DNA of 64,000 nt from a virus. The first letter of the stretch is position 1. Each line of letters opens with the position of its first letter. The DNA is taken from IMG/VR virus record IMGVR_UViG_3300021962_000059, one strand, 5' to 3'. Both the position numbers and the translations under genes were made by a program. Positions 23,640-32,241 of this stretch are shown one piece after another. The notes below the pieces were generated by a model, which was not told where the DNA came from, did no database searches, and worked only from the letters and a program-made list of their open reading frames with translations.

Positions 23640-23708
23640 TAAAGTTATTTACTGCTAAAATAAAAGGTACTTGAAATTGACATCATAATTGATAACTGAT
23701 AAAACCAA

Positions 23709-23736
23709 CCCCTGTAGGGACTACAGGGGTTTTTTA
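23709..23736 (+). terminator. Rho-independent terminator CCCCTGTAG-GGA-CTACAGGGG plus T6
   Basis: 9 bp GC-rich stem followed by TTTTTT, downstream of higA-2. Confidence 0.75.
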
Positions 23737-23741
23737 TTGCC

Positions 23742-23820
23742 TAATGTTCGGAGCTTAGTGGGTAATGTTCGGAGCTTAACAGCTTAATGTTCGGAGCTTA
23801 GTGGGTAATGTTCGGAGCTT
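23742..23820 (+). repeat. Four direct copies of TAATGTTCGGAGCTT at 21-22 bp spacing
   Basis: Copies at 23742, 23763, 23785 and 23806, all exact. Confidence 0.9.
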
Positions 23821-23821
23821 G

Positions 23822-24445
23822 GCTAGTTTGTTAGATTGTAAATAGATTGTAGATAAAGGTATTTACAATAGAATCCTTGATATATATAGATTTCAGACTT
23901 TGTTTATATTGTTATCCCTATCCCTGTGTCAGGATTTTTTGTGTTTTTATTGCTGACCTCGATTAATTAGATTGTTACTTTGTAAATAGATTGTAAATAA
24001 GGGTATTAACAAAAATAGAAAAGATGAAAGTATTGATATATATAGCTTTTATCATTTTTTTACCTCTTTGTTTATATTGCTCATAATTACCCCGTGTGTA
24101 TTTTTTTTGCTTTACTGTTGAGATTGTTGTTTTTTTTTATTGCTGACTTTGTTTGATTTCTTTGTTTTTCTCTCCTCCCTATAAAGCATCAACAGTATCT
24201 ACAAAGTCTAGAACCTAGACAGGGTAAGGATTTTGATTGTAGATAAGCTTATCTACAATCAATCACAAAAAGAACAGATTAGTGATGAAACACTTTTATT
24301 GCTGACTTTGCTGTATATCTTCTCTTTTCTTTCTTTTCCTCTATAAAGCATCGACAATATATACAAAGCCTGAAACCTATATCTAGCAAGAGTTTCCGTT
24401 GTCGATAACCTTATTTACAATCTATCTACAAACTACAATCGCTCT
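23822..24445. repeat. Right iteron array (inverted counterpart of 12572-13010)
   Basis: Contains a perfect 26 bp palindrome GATTGTAGATAAGCTTATCTACAATC at 24235-24260, multiple TTGTA[AG]ATA / TATCTACAA 9-mers and TATATATA blocks. The reverse complement of 24330-24420 aligns with 12590-12670. Confidence 0.8.
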
Positions 24446-24477
24446 GTAGTATTTGTAATATATGTAATACAGATAGA

Positions 24478-24508
24478 CAAAAAAATACCGCTCCCTCGTA
24501 GGGCGGTA
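24478..24508 (-). terminator. Minus-oriented hairpin plus U-run, upstream of a plus-strand operon
   Basis: The minus strand reads ACCGCCCTACGAGGGAGCGGTA followed by TTTTTTT. Confidence 0.4.
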
Positions 24509-24562
24509 ATCCACAGTGAATCTTCTTAAAAATTCTCTCACAGTCTTAATAGAATTGTCAAG

Positions 24563-24607
24563 GCAAAAAAATAACCGCGCTCCCGGGTGCGGTATAAAAG
24601 AGCGCGG
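24563..24607 (-). terminator. Minus-oriented hairpin CCGCGCTC-N17-GAGCGCGG plus U-run
   Basis: 8 bp GC stem. On the minus strand it is followed by TTATTTTTTT. Confidence 0.35.
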
Positions 24608-24689
24608 CGACTTAAATATGTTTTCCTTTTAAGTATATCTCAAAAAAGAAAATTTAATATACAATACAATAAACAGTACAATCTCGTTA

Positions 24690-25148
24690 ATGTCTCAAAA
24701 AGTCCTTACAGGTAATCTCTATTTAATAGGGCAGTCGTATCCTACGATTGTTAGCGAAACTGTTATTGAGATTAAGCAGGGAACGACTTGGGATGAGGAG
24801 TTTTTTATTCAAGGGGATATTACAGGGTGGAACATTAACTTTTATGTAGCCAAACAATCAGGTGAGGCTAGAATAGCTACTGGTCGGATCGAGGGGTTAC
24901 AGTTTGGAAATTTTACGGTAGAGGGAACTGAATATGAAAATTACACTTATTTTAAGTTGATTATCGATAGTAATATTACCGCTGAAATGGACATTACCCC
25001 AATTGCGATTAAAGAAATATCTCAACCAAAGGCTGGTAGGGATTACTGGCAAGCTGACTTAGAAGCTTCTAAAACAATTGCTGGTAAATTGATAGTTCAA
25101 CCTTTAGCTTTTGACCTAACTCCTGTAGTAGTGAGAGGACAAGTCTAA
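24690..25148 (+). CDS. Structural protein of the fibre/baseplate operon (152 aa)
   Basis: First gene of six tightly coupled plus-strand ORFs. Beta-rich sequence. Confidence 0.45.
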   Translation: MSQKVLTGNLYLIGQSYPTIVSETVIEIKQGTTWDEEFFIQGDITGWNINFYVAKQSGEARIATGRIEGLQFGNFTVEGTEYENYTYFKLIIDSNITAEMDITPIAIKEISQPKAGRDYWQADLEASKTIAGKLIVQPLAFDLTPVVVRGQV

Positions 25149-25618
25149 TGGCAGTCATTATTCAATCTTCTGGTGCGATAGCGGAGATAACAGGTAGTTC
25201 TCAAAAGATAATTCTTTCAGCTACTTTAGGGAATGCTGGATGGTCTCCTGTTCTTTCTTTGATTTCCGACGGCAATCGTCGGGTACTGCAAATATCTGAT
25301 TGGGTAGGCGGTTCTGGTTCGCCACCAGCTATTGGAGGATATATCGGGAATAATGGCATAGTTTTATTGATTACTGATGCAATTAATATTCGTGGCGAAA
25401 AAGGTGAGCAGGGAGAGCCAAGTCCGTCCTATCTCCACGCTCAATCTACTGCTTCTAATACTTGGTTAATTAACCATAATTTAAATGCTTATCCTCAAAT
25501 TCAATTATTTAGCTTAGGTTGGGTTAAAATTTATGCCGATGAACAGCATCTATCTTTAAATACTACCCAAGTATCTTTTTCGTATCCTACTACAGGATAC
25601 GCGATTCTTTCTTTATAG
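25148..25618 (+). CDS. Tail fibre-like protein with a short collagen-like segment
   Basis: Contains the Gly-X-Y run GEKGEQGEP. The C-terminal motif NTWLINHNLNAYPQIQLF is common in phage fibre tips. Confidence 0.5.
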   Translation: MAVIIQSSGAIAEITGSSQKIILSATLGNAGWSPVLSLISDGNRRVLQISDWVGGSGSPPAIGGYIGNNGIVLLITDAINIRGEKGEQGEPSPSYLHAQSTASNTWLINHNLNAYPQIQLFSLGWVKIYADEQHLSLNTTQVSFSYPTTGYAILSL

Positions 25619-25627
25619 AGGTAAAAT

Positions 25628-26422
25628 ATGCCTAGATTTGATAATAATCTTACTTTTGCTACTAATGCTACGGCAAAAGTCCCCAATCCACAGAGTGGAA
25701 GCGACGCTGTAAATCTTCAATTTATAGAAGATTATTTTACTGGATTAAATGAAAAGACGGCAGTTTTAGCTTCATCCTCTGGTAATATTAATTTAGCCGC
25801 TCCGGGATCGACTATTGGGGGAATAACGATGCCCCTTAATGGTCGTTTTTTAGCACCTAATCAAACAAATAACACCCAAAACGGGATTTACATTTGGAAC
25901 GGGGCTTCTGTACCGGCAACGCGAAGTTCTGATGCAAATACTTCTGCTGAGTTGAATAATGCTACTGTTTATGTTCCCGATTCTACGGGAACAACTATCG
26001 GTGCGACTTATCGACAAATTACTCGAAATCCAGTAATAGGAACCGATCCAATTATCTGGACTGTTTACGGAAATTCTGTCCCCGACGCAACAACAACTAC
26101 TCCAGGAAGAGTAACTTTAGCAACCTCGACAAATATTAATAACAATACCGATACAAGTAAAGTTGTTACAGTTGAGGCTTTGCTAGGCTCAAATGTAATT
26201 AAACGACAAGCTAAAGCAGTAATCGGAAATGGCACTGATAGCACTTTTCCAATTTCTCATACTTTGAATACTTTTGACGTTGATGTTAAAGTGCGTAGAA
26301 CTGCTGGTGATCGGGCTGACGTTTATCCGGATATTACTCGTCCGACTACTGGATCGATTACGGTCGCTTTTTCTTATGTGCCGTCTGTAGGGGAATTTAC
26401 TGTTTTATTGGAGGCTTATTAA
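25628..26422 (+). CDS. Tail fibre protein
   Basis: SDAVNLQFIEDYF and TTTPGRVTLATSTNINNNTDTSKVVTVEAL are recurrent phage tail-fibre motifs. Confidence 0.55.
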   Translation: MPRFDNNLTFATNATAKVPNPQSGSDAVNLQFIEDYFTGLNEKTAVLASSSGNINLAAPGSTIGGITMPLNGRFLAPNQTNNTQNGIYIWNGASVPATRSSDANTSAELNNATVYVPDSTGTTIGATYRQITRNPVIGTDPIIWTVYGNSVPDATTTTPGRVTLATSTNINNNTDTSKVVTVEALLGSNVIKRQAKAVIGNGTDSTFPISHTLNTFDVDVKVRRTAGDRADVYPDITRPTTGSITVAFSYVPSVGEFTVLLEAY

Positions 26423-26423
26423 T

Positions 26424-26843
26424 GTGCCAGAGAACGCAGGTTTAATTACAAAAGCGCGTGATCTTGTCGATGCTAACTACGTTGCTACTAGACAACAGTT
26501 TCAAGGAATTATTTATGAGGATGTGAATACAGGTTCTCCTAACGAGAATCTGTTAGTTTATCCTCGTAATTATACTCTACAAGCTATTTCTGTTCAAAAT
26601 AATCGAGTTGGCTCGTCAGGGTCGGGAGTAATTTCTATCCTGTTTGGTTCTGGTGCTAGTTTTGTTGCGGTTCCAGGTTTGTCTTCTCGGACTGTTACTA
26701 CTACTAATACAGTGTATAATGTTACTGGTAGTGGTCAATTGGTAACCACGTCTCAGCAGTTACAGGTACAGTTTGTTTCTGTAACTAGCGGACCGATAAA
26801 TGTCGCGATTTATTTCTATTTTAGTGAGCAGTTTGTATTATGA
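26424..26843 (+). CDS. Hypothetical structural protein (139 aa, GTG start)
   Basis: Coupled ORF within the fibre operon. Confidence 0.4.
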   Translation: MPENAGLITKARDLVDANYVATRQQFQGIIYEDVNTGSPNENLLVYPRNYTLQAISVQNNRVGSSGSGVISILFGSGASFVAVPGLSSRTVTTTNTVYNVTGSGQLVTTSQQLQVQFVSVTSGPINVAIYFYFSEQFVL

Positions 26844-27232
26844 ATAGTTTAAAAGCTTTTAATCTGTTTAAAGAAAATCCTGAGTTATTTGCTCTCTACA
26901 GTGCTGGTATAGCCAATCAAGCGAGAGTAAATATGCACCAAATATCCACTGATCCAGGGTTTCAAGTTGCATTTGCAACTGTAATCCGATATTTAATTCT
27001 TGTCGAGTTGCAATTTAACGAAACTTTTCGATCCCAATTGACAAGATTAGCTATGCAAGAAGCAACTACTGGTGAAAATCCAAGAATATTGCTTTCTTTT
27101 CTTCCTGATGGAAATTTGGCAGATGTTCCAGAAATTGACATAAAAACAGCTATTGTAAATCAATTTACCGATAACGGACCACTAAATCAATTACTGAACC
27201 GAAATGTTATTAAATTTAGTTTTAATTTATGA
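26840..27232 (+). CDS. Hypothetical protein (130 aa); possible fibre assembly factor
   Basis: Has a 4 nt overlap at each end and a helical composition. Confidence 0.4.
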   Translation: MNSLKAFNLFKENPELFALYSAGIANQARVNMHQISTDPGFQVAFATVIRYLILVELQFNETFRSQLTRLAMQEATTGENPRILLSFLPDGNLADVPEIDIKTAIVNQFTDNGPLNQLLNRNVIKFSFNL

Positions 27233-27747
27233 TAATCTTAAGGAAAAAAGCTGCGCCAGCTTCACCTTCTTTAATTCCAGGTACAATCTTTCAGTTTGTA
27301 GGATTGACAATCAATGCTGGATCAGTTGCAAACGTAACAAATGGATCTGGCTTGACTCCTGCTATTCCTGCGTTAACGGGAGTACACGAAAATTATAGTA
27401 ATACGAACGGAGTTCGAAGTGCCAATATAATAACTTCTCCTGTTAGTTTGCTATTTACTTTTCCCGCCGTTTACTGGGTAACTGGAATGAGTTTTTGGCA
27501 GGTTACAGGATTCAACAGCGATAATGGACTTCGTTCTGTTTTAATTCAGTCTTCTTTAGATAATTCGTCGTGGATTTCAGTACCCAACGGATCATTGCAG
27601 TTTCCCTTTGGAGGCGACATTCCTTCAAATCCGATTGTTATCTCTTGGCCTCCTGTTCAAGCAAGATTTATCCGATTTTTAGTAAACAGTGTTTGGGGTG
27701 GCACTAGAATCGCTCTTTCGGAAGTGCAATTTGCTGGATATTTATAG
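27229..27747 (+). CDS. F5/8 type C (discoidin)-like carbohydrate-binding protein
   Basis: MSFWQVTGFNSDNGLRSVLIQSSLDNSSW...ARFIRFLVNSVWGGTRIALSEVQFAGY matches the galactose-binding-like domain pattern. Confidence 0.55.
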   Translation: MIILRKKAAPASPSLIPGTIFQFVGLTINAGSVANVTNGSGLTPAIPALTGVHENYSNTNGVRSANIITSPVSLLFTFPAVYWVTGMSFWQVTGFNSDNGLRSVLIQSSLDNSSWISVPNGSLQFPFGGDIPSNPIVISWPPVQARFIRFLVNSVWGGTRIALSEVQFAGYL

Positions 27748-28857
27748 ATCATCCCATCCACTTAACCCAGAAGACATAATGTAGTTGGTAACAGTAGCTT
27801 CAAAAAAGTTTGATTTAGTGTGACCTTCTCCTTGAGTATCAGAGAATTTTTCCAAGTGGGAATAGGGGGATTTTTTGTATTTGTCTTCTGTAAAAATTGG
27901 ATTTAAACCAATCGCCCTTAGTCGAATATTGGCTAAATATTTTGTGTATTGATCAGTGCTATCTTCTGTAATTCCTAATATTTGATTGCCGACAATATGA
28001 TTAGTCCATTTAATTTCTTGTTCAACTGCACAATAAAATAAATCTTCTATTTCTTTTTTGCTATAAGAGAAAACATTCATTGCTTCAATAATTAACTTTT
28101 GATATAATCGGACGTGACTTAATTCGTCTCGATTGATCATCCTAAAAATATCGGCAGAACCAGGCATTAATTGTCGAGAAGCAAGATTATAAAAGAATAT
28201 AAATCCATTATAAAAATACAAACTTTCTAGCAAATAATCAGCAAGAAGGGCAATAAAATAGCTTTTAGTAGTTTGTTTGTCGATGTATTCCTGGTAAAGA
28301 TTAGCAATAAATTCACAACGATCTTTAAGAATTTTATCGGTACGCCAAAAGTCATAAACTTGACTTCTCTGATCCGATGGAATGATAGTCTCAATTAAGT
28401 ATTGGTAACTTTGATTGTGCATAGCCTCTTGAGAGATTTGTTCTGCCATACAAAGGCTAATCTCTGGGGCTGTGACGCAAGATTTTAGGTGGGGGATGTT
28501 ACAGGTCTGGACAGAATCAAGAAAAGTTAAATAAGACAAAATACCATCATAAGCACGTCTTTCGTCAAGGGTTAAGTTATTGTAGTTAGTCACATCTTGA
28601 GTGACATCTATTTTTTGCGGGATCCAGAAGTTTTCACGCATTTGTTGGTATAAACCTACCGCCCAACTATAACGAACGTCGTTTAATTGCATTAAGTTGG
28701 TAGTGTTACCAAACCAGATAGATCGGGTTTCAGTTGTATCATTTCCTGATGGATTAAAGATCGGAGAAACAGGCATTTTGCCGTTAAGATTTGCTGATGT
28801 CATAGCCTTGATTAAGTAGATTATTTTGATACTGGTTTTGTTTTTAAAGGTTCCCAT
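27742..28857 (-). CDS. nrdB: Ribonucleotide reductase class Ia beta subunit (the start may be Met at 28803)
   Basis: Di-iron ligand motifs EQISQEAMHNQSYQY and NRDELSHVRLY. Adjacent to nrdA. Confidence 0.85.
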   Translation of the reverse strand: MGTFKNKTSIKIIYLIKAMTSANLNGKMPVSPIFNPSGNDTTETRSIWFGNTTNLMQLNDVRYSWAVGLYQQMRENFWIPQKIDVTQDVTNYNNLTLDERRAYDGILSYLTFLDSVQTCNIPHLKSCVTAPEISLCMAEQISQEAMHNQSYQYLIETIIPSDQRSQVYDFWRTDKILKDRCEFIANLYQEYIDKQTTKSYFIALLADYLLESLYFYNGFIFFYNLASRQLMPGSADIFRMINRDELSHVRLYQKLIIEAMNVFSYSKKEIEDLFYCAVEQEIKWTNHIVGNQILGITEDSTDQYTKYLANIRLRAIGLNPIFTEDKYKKSPYSHLEKFSDTQGEGHTKSNFFEATVTNYIMSSGLSGWDDL

Positions 28858-29129
28858 TCTCTACATTGTACACAGGAAATAGAAGGATTTACACTACATT
28901 TTAGATTGAAATTTTTGTGAGTTTCAGGATTATAATATTTACAAGAACTAATTCGATTGCGTTCAGCTACTGAATAGTATTTGAATTGTTTAATTGTATA
29001 AATTAAATTAGTCTTAAATCTAAAAAACACTCTACACAAAACAACAGTGAAAATTAAAGCAATATAAAGTAAAAATATACTTAATGCAATAGTTGCTAAA
29101 AAGTTAATAATTATTAACACAATATTCAT
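28821..29129 (-). CDS. Small membrane protein with a C-terminal Cys cluster (102 aa)
   Basis: Hydrophobic N-terminal ~35 aa, then CKYYNP...CSVNPSISCVQC. Confidence 0.4.
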   Translation of the reverse strand: MNIVLIIINFLATIALSIFLLYIALIFTVVLCRVFFRFKTNLIYTIKQFKYYSVAERNRISSCKYYNPETHKNFNLKCSVNPSISCVQCREWEPLKTKPVSK

Positions 29130-29134
29130 AATGA

Positions 29135-29287
29135 TTATTTTCGAGTATTGATAAAATTTTTAAGACCTTCAATGAATCCAAGAGAAAAACTGATTGTATA
29201 AAACATAATAAAAAAAACAATTAGTACAAGTATTGTAAATATTACAATAGCCGCAATAGATAGAATGACAGTAGAAATAATATTCAT
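29135..29287 (-). CDS. Small membrane protein (50 aa, below the ORF-track cutoff)
   Basis: MNIISTVILSIAAIVIFTILVLIVFFIMFYTISFSLGFIEGLKNFINTRK. It fits exactly between nrdA and the next ORF. Confidence 0.4.
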   Translation of the reverse strand: MNIISTVILSIAAIVIFTILVLIVFFIMFYTISFSLGFIEGLKNFINTRK

Positions 29288-29289
29288 GG

Positions 29290-31557
29290 TTAATTAGCGC
29301 AACTAGAGCAGTTATCTTTAAAGTTATCTTTTTGAACAGTTCGTACATAATAAACCGCTTTACAGCCTGATTCCCACGCTAAGATTAAAGTCTCATAAAT
29401 TTCTTTAGCTGTTAATGCGCGGTTTGGTTCATCAGGAAAATAAACACCTTGATTAAGGTTAAACAGTAATTCCATAGAAATCCCTGTATCAATCCATTTT
29501 TGCATTTCGGCAATTGCTTGAACGACAATCTTTTGGTCAAGATTTTGATTTTCTTGATAATACCAAAAAGATTCTTTAATAAAAGGAGGGCAATTAGGGA
29601 TCGCACCTTTTGAGTTCTTTTCTGTAAATACCCGCTTAAAAACAGGTAAAACACTGGCAGTACAACCCTGAATTAAAGATGATGTGGTATTGGGGGCTAT
29701 AGCAGTAATATGAGAGTTTCTAATGCCGTAGCGTTGCACATTAGCGGCTAATCGATGCCAATGATAATAAGTACCTCCATCACAGAGGAACTTAAACCAT
29801 TCTAACGGTTTAGCTCCTAGTAATTTACCTTGACTCCATTCACTACCAGAAAAAGCTTGATAAGCACCGCGTTCTTTAGCCAATCTCATCGAAGCGTGAG
29901 TACAATAATAGCTAATTCTTTCAAATAAATCACTGATAGATTTGTCTTTATGAGATACTTTATAAGATAATTTTCGTTTAGCTAACCAGTCAGCTAAACC
30001 CATAACCCCAACTCCAATAGTCCGATAACGGTCATTGTGTTCTTTGGCTTCACCAATTGGGGGACAAGTGAGGTCAATAGTATTATCGAGCATCCTGACA
30101 GCAAGGTAACACATTTCCGCTAAATTAGCACCAGTTTCAATATTGGCAAGATTAAGACTAACTAAATTACAGCAATGGGCGGTTTTACCTGGCGTGACAT
30201 TTGAAAAACTCTCACAGCATAAATTAACACCGGGGATATAGCCATCGTGTTTATTAGGATTATCTCGGTTAATGGTATCTTTAAAGGCAAGATAGGGCAT
30301 ACCCGTCTCAATTTGAGAGCGCATAACATCCTTGAATAACTCCCTAGCGTTAACTTTTTTGTAGAGAGTTATTTTTATCCCTAGACTATCTTCGATTAAT
30401 TTGTAGGCAGTTTCAAACTTATCTCCCCATAATTCTGCTAATTCTATACCTAATTCCGTCCGAACTTGATAGGGATCGACTAATGTCCACTCGGCTTTAT
30501 CTACTACCCGACGCATAAATTCATCGGGAATAACCAATTGAGGGAAAACATCATAGGCTTTTCTTCTTTGATCACCATTTTCTGTCTGCATTTCCAGAAA
30601 TTCTGGCACGTCTAAATGCCAGATGTCAACCCCAACAGTGACAGCCCCAGCGCGTCTCCCCCCTTGATTTACTGCGATAGCTGTATCGTTGAGTAATTTA
30701 ATCCACGGAATAATCCCACCAGAAGCGTTAGCTTTTCCCATAACCGAGCTACCAGTGGCACGGATTCTACTTACATTCACCCCGACACCACCGCCATTTT
30801 TAGAGATACGAGCAGTATTAGTAATCTCGCTAAAAATACTCTCTAGATTGTCTTGCGTTGCCACGATAAAGCAGCTACTCAAAGAACCGTTAGGGGTTCT
30901 TAAATTACCTAAAATTGGGGTAGCAAGAGAGATTTTTCTTTGAGCTATAGCTAAATAAATTTGAAGCGCAATTCTTAATCTATTTTCTGATTTTTCTTCT
31001 ACACTGGCAAGCAATAAAGCGCAAGTCAAAAAAGCCTCTTGAGGTAATTCACAATCAAGTAAGTACCTTTCTGATAACATGATCGCACCAGCGTAGTCAA
31101 AATCTTTATCGTATTCTGGGTATATCCACTCTCCTGCAATCTCTAGGTCTTTTTCATCATAAATTTCAGTAATTTTTGAATCATAAACACCTCTCTCCAC
31201 TTGCCATTGGACATATTTAGCGTAGTCAGTCCCTTCAAACCTTTTAAAAACTGTACGGGATAAATACCCACCAAATTCTCTTTTGATTCTAGTATCTTTC
31301 CACAGTCCCCAGATATGAAGTCTTCCAGCTACATACTTCCAGTCGGTTTCCTCTACACAGAACAATTGTGTAGCTACATTGATTAAATTTTCTTGAATTT
31401 CCCTAGTGGTAATCCCATCTCGTAATCGAGAAGTTAATCCTGATTCTAATGCAAGAGGATTGACTTCTAACCCTTCACACGCCCATTCTACTACTCGCCG
31501 AATTTTGGTGATGTCTAAAGAACAAGTTTCACCACTTCTTTGAATTACGTTAATCAT
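29290..31557 (-). CDS. nrdA: Ribonucleotide reductase class Ia alpha subunit with an ATP-cone
   Basis: N-terminal ATP-cone (VIQRSGETCSLDITKIRRVVEWA), active-site NLCCES, and a C-terminal CSSCAN redox tail. 755 aa. Confidence 0.9.
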   Translation of the reverse strand: MINVIQRSGETCSLDITKIRRVVEWACEGLEVNPLALESGLTSRLRDGITTREIQENLINVATQLFCVEETDWKYVAGRLHIWGLWKDTRIKREFGGYLSRTVFKRFEGTDYAKYVQWQVERGVYDSKITEIYDEKDLEIAGEWIYPEYDKDFDYAGAIMLSERYLLDCELPQEAFLTCALLLASVEEKSENRLRIALQIYLAIAQRKISLATPILGNLRTPNGSLSSCFIVATQDNLESIFSEITNTARISKNGGGVGVNVSRIRATGSSVMGKANASGGIIPWIKLLNDTAIAVNQGGRRAGAVTVGVDIWHLDVPEFLEMQTENGDQRRKAYDVFPQLVIPDEFMRRVVDKAEWTLVDPYQVRTELGIELAELWGDKFETAYKLIEDSLGIKITLYKKVNARELFKDVMRSQIETGMPYLAFKDTINRDNPNKHDGYIPGVNLCCESFSNVTPGKTAHCCNLVSLNLANIETGANLAEMCYLAVRMLDNTIDLTCPPIGEAKEHNDRYRTIGVGVMGLADWLAKRKLSYKVSHKDKSISDLFERISYYCTHASMRLAKERGAYQAFSGSEWSQGKLLGAKPLEWFKFLCDGGTYYHWHRLAANVQRYGIRNSHITAIAPNTTSSLIQGCTASVLPVFKRVFTEKNSKGAIPNCPPFIKESFWYYQENQNLDQKIVVQAIAEMQKWIDTGISMELLFNLNQGVYFPDEPNRALTAKEIYETLILAWESGCKAVYYVRTVQKDNFKDNCSSCAN

Positions 31558-31624
31558 TTATTTACTCCTGGTTTTTATTTTTTTTAAAGAGGGTAAGACT
31601 TTTTTATGCCTTTTGTTGTATCTC

Positions 31625-31885
31625 CTACTCAAAATCTGGCCAGCATCCAGATTTCTCCCATTTTCCATCTGATCGAACTGTCCAATTTTCTGTTAAATTT
31701 GAACAAAGATTTGTTTTGGGATTATTGCCATTCTTTACACTTCCTTTCCATCTTTTAACAGTAGATAAACTAACTTCATAAAGCCTTGCAAATTCCTGAT
31801 CGGTGAAAATTCTGCCAACAAAAACTATTTTAGGAATAGTATAGTTTCGATACCATTTAGTATTTTCGTAATCACCTAAAAACAT
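31625..31885 (-). CDS. HTH protein, paralogue family member 1 (86 aa)
   Basis: FTDQEFARLYEVSLSTVKRWK...NLCSNLTENWTVRSDGKWEKS is shared with the next two ORFs. Confidence 0.5.
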   Translation of the reverse strand: MFLGDYENTKWYRNYTIPKIVFVGRIFTDQEFARLYEVSLSTVKRWKGSVKNGNNPKTNLCSNLTENWTVRSDGKWEKSGCWPDFE

Positions 31886-31889
31886 TTAT

Positions 31890-32195
31890 CTACTCCTGAT
31901 TTTTGATTTTATTTGAAAGCTCTATAGGGTTTGGTAACGACATTTCTATTCTACCAAAAATTCCTTTGTATTCTGTCTTTTCCCATTTACCATCTTTTCT
32001 AATTGTCCAGTTGTGAGGTAAAGTTGAACAGAGTTTTGTGTTTGGTTGACGACAAGCTTTTATATCTTTTTTCCATCTGCGAATAGTAGTTAAGCTAACG
32101 TCGTAAATTTCGGCAATCTCTTTATCATTAAAAGTTTCACCAGCTTGGATTAAAGCAGGGGTAATATGTGATCGCTTAAAAGATTTTGTCAGCAT
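31890..32195 (-). CDS. HTH protein, paralogue family member 2 (101 aa)
   Basis: FNDKEIAEIYDVSLTTIRRWK...KLCSTLPHNWTIRKDGKWEKTEY. Confidence 0.5.
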   Translation of the reverse strand: MLTKSFKRSHITPALIQAGETFNDKEIAEIYDVSLTTIRRWKKDIKACRQPNTKLCSTLPHNWTIRKDGKWEKTEYKGIFGRIEMSLPNPIELSNKIKNQE

Positions 32196-32241
32196 TTTAT
32201 CTATCTCCTTTAGTCATACCTTGATACCATTTATTGCTGTA

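Noticed and set aside
27204-27398. ORF 27204..27398 (+) overlapping the junction of two fibre-operon genes
   Set aside because: It is out of frame with both well-coupled neighbours and has a Cys/Asn-rich, implausible translation.
29412-30943. ORFs 29412..29654 (-, out of frame) and 30689..30943 (+) inside nrdA; also 34464..34676, 37812..38054, 41816..42180, 45909..46175, 47244..47432, 48988..49185, 49525..50727 (three ORFs), 51256..51772 (two ORFs), 52831..53037, 59432..62338 (five ORFs)
   Set aside because: They are shadow ORFs embedded within confidently assigned longer genes.
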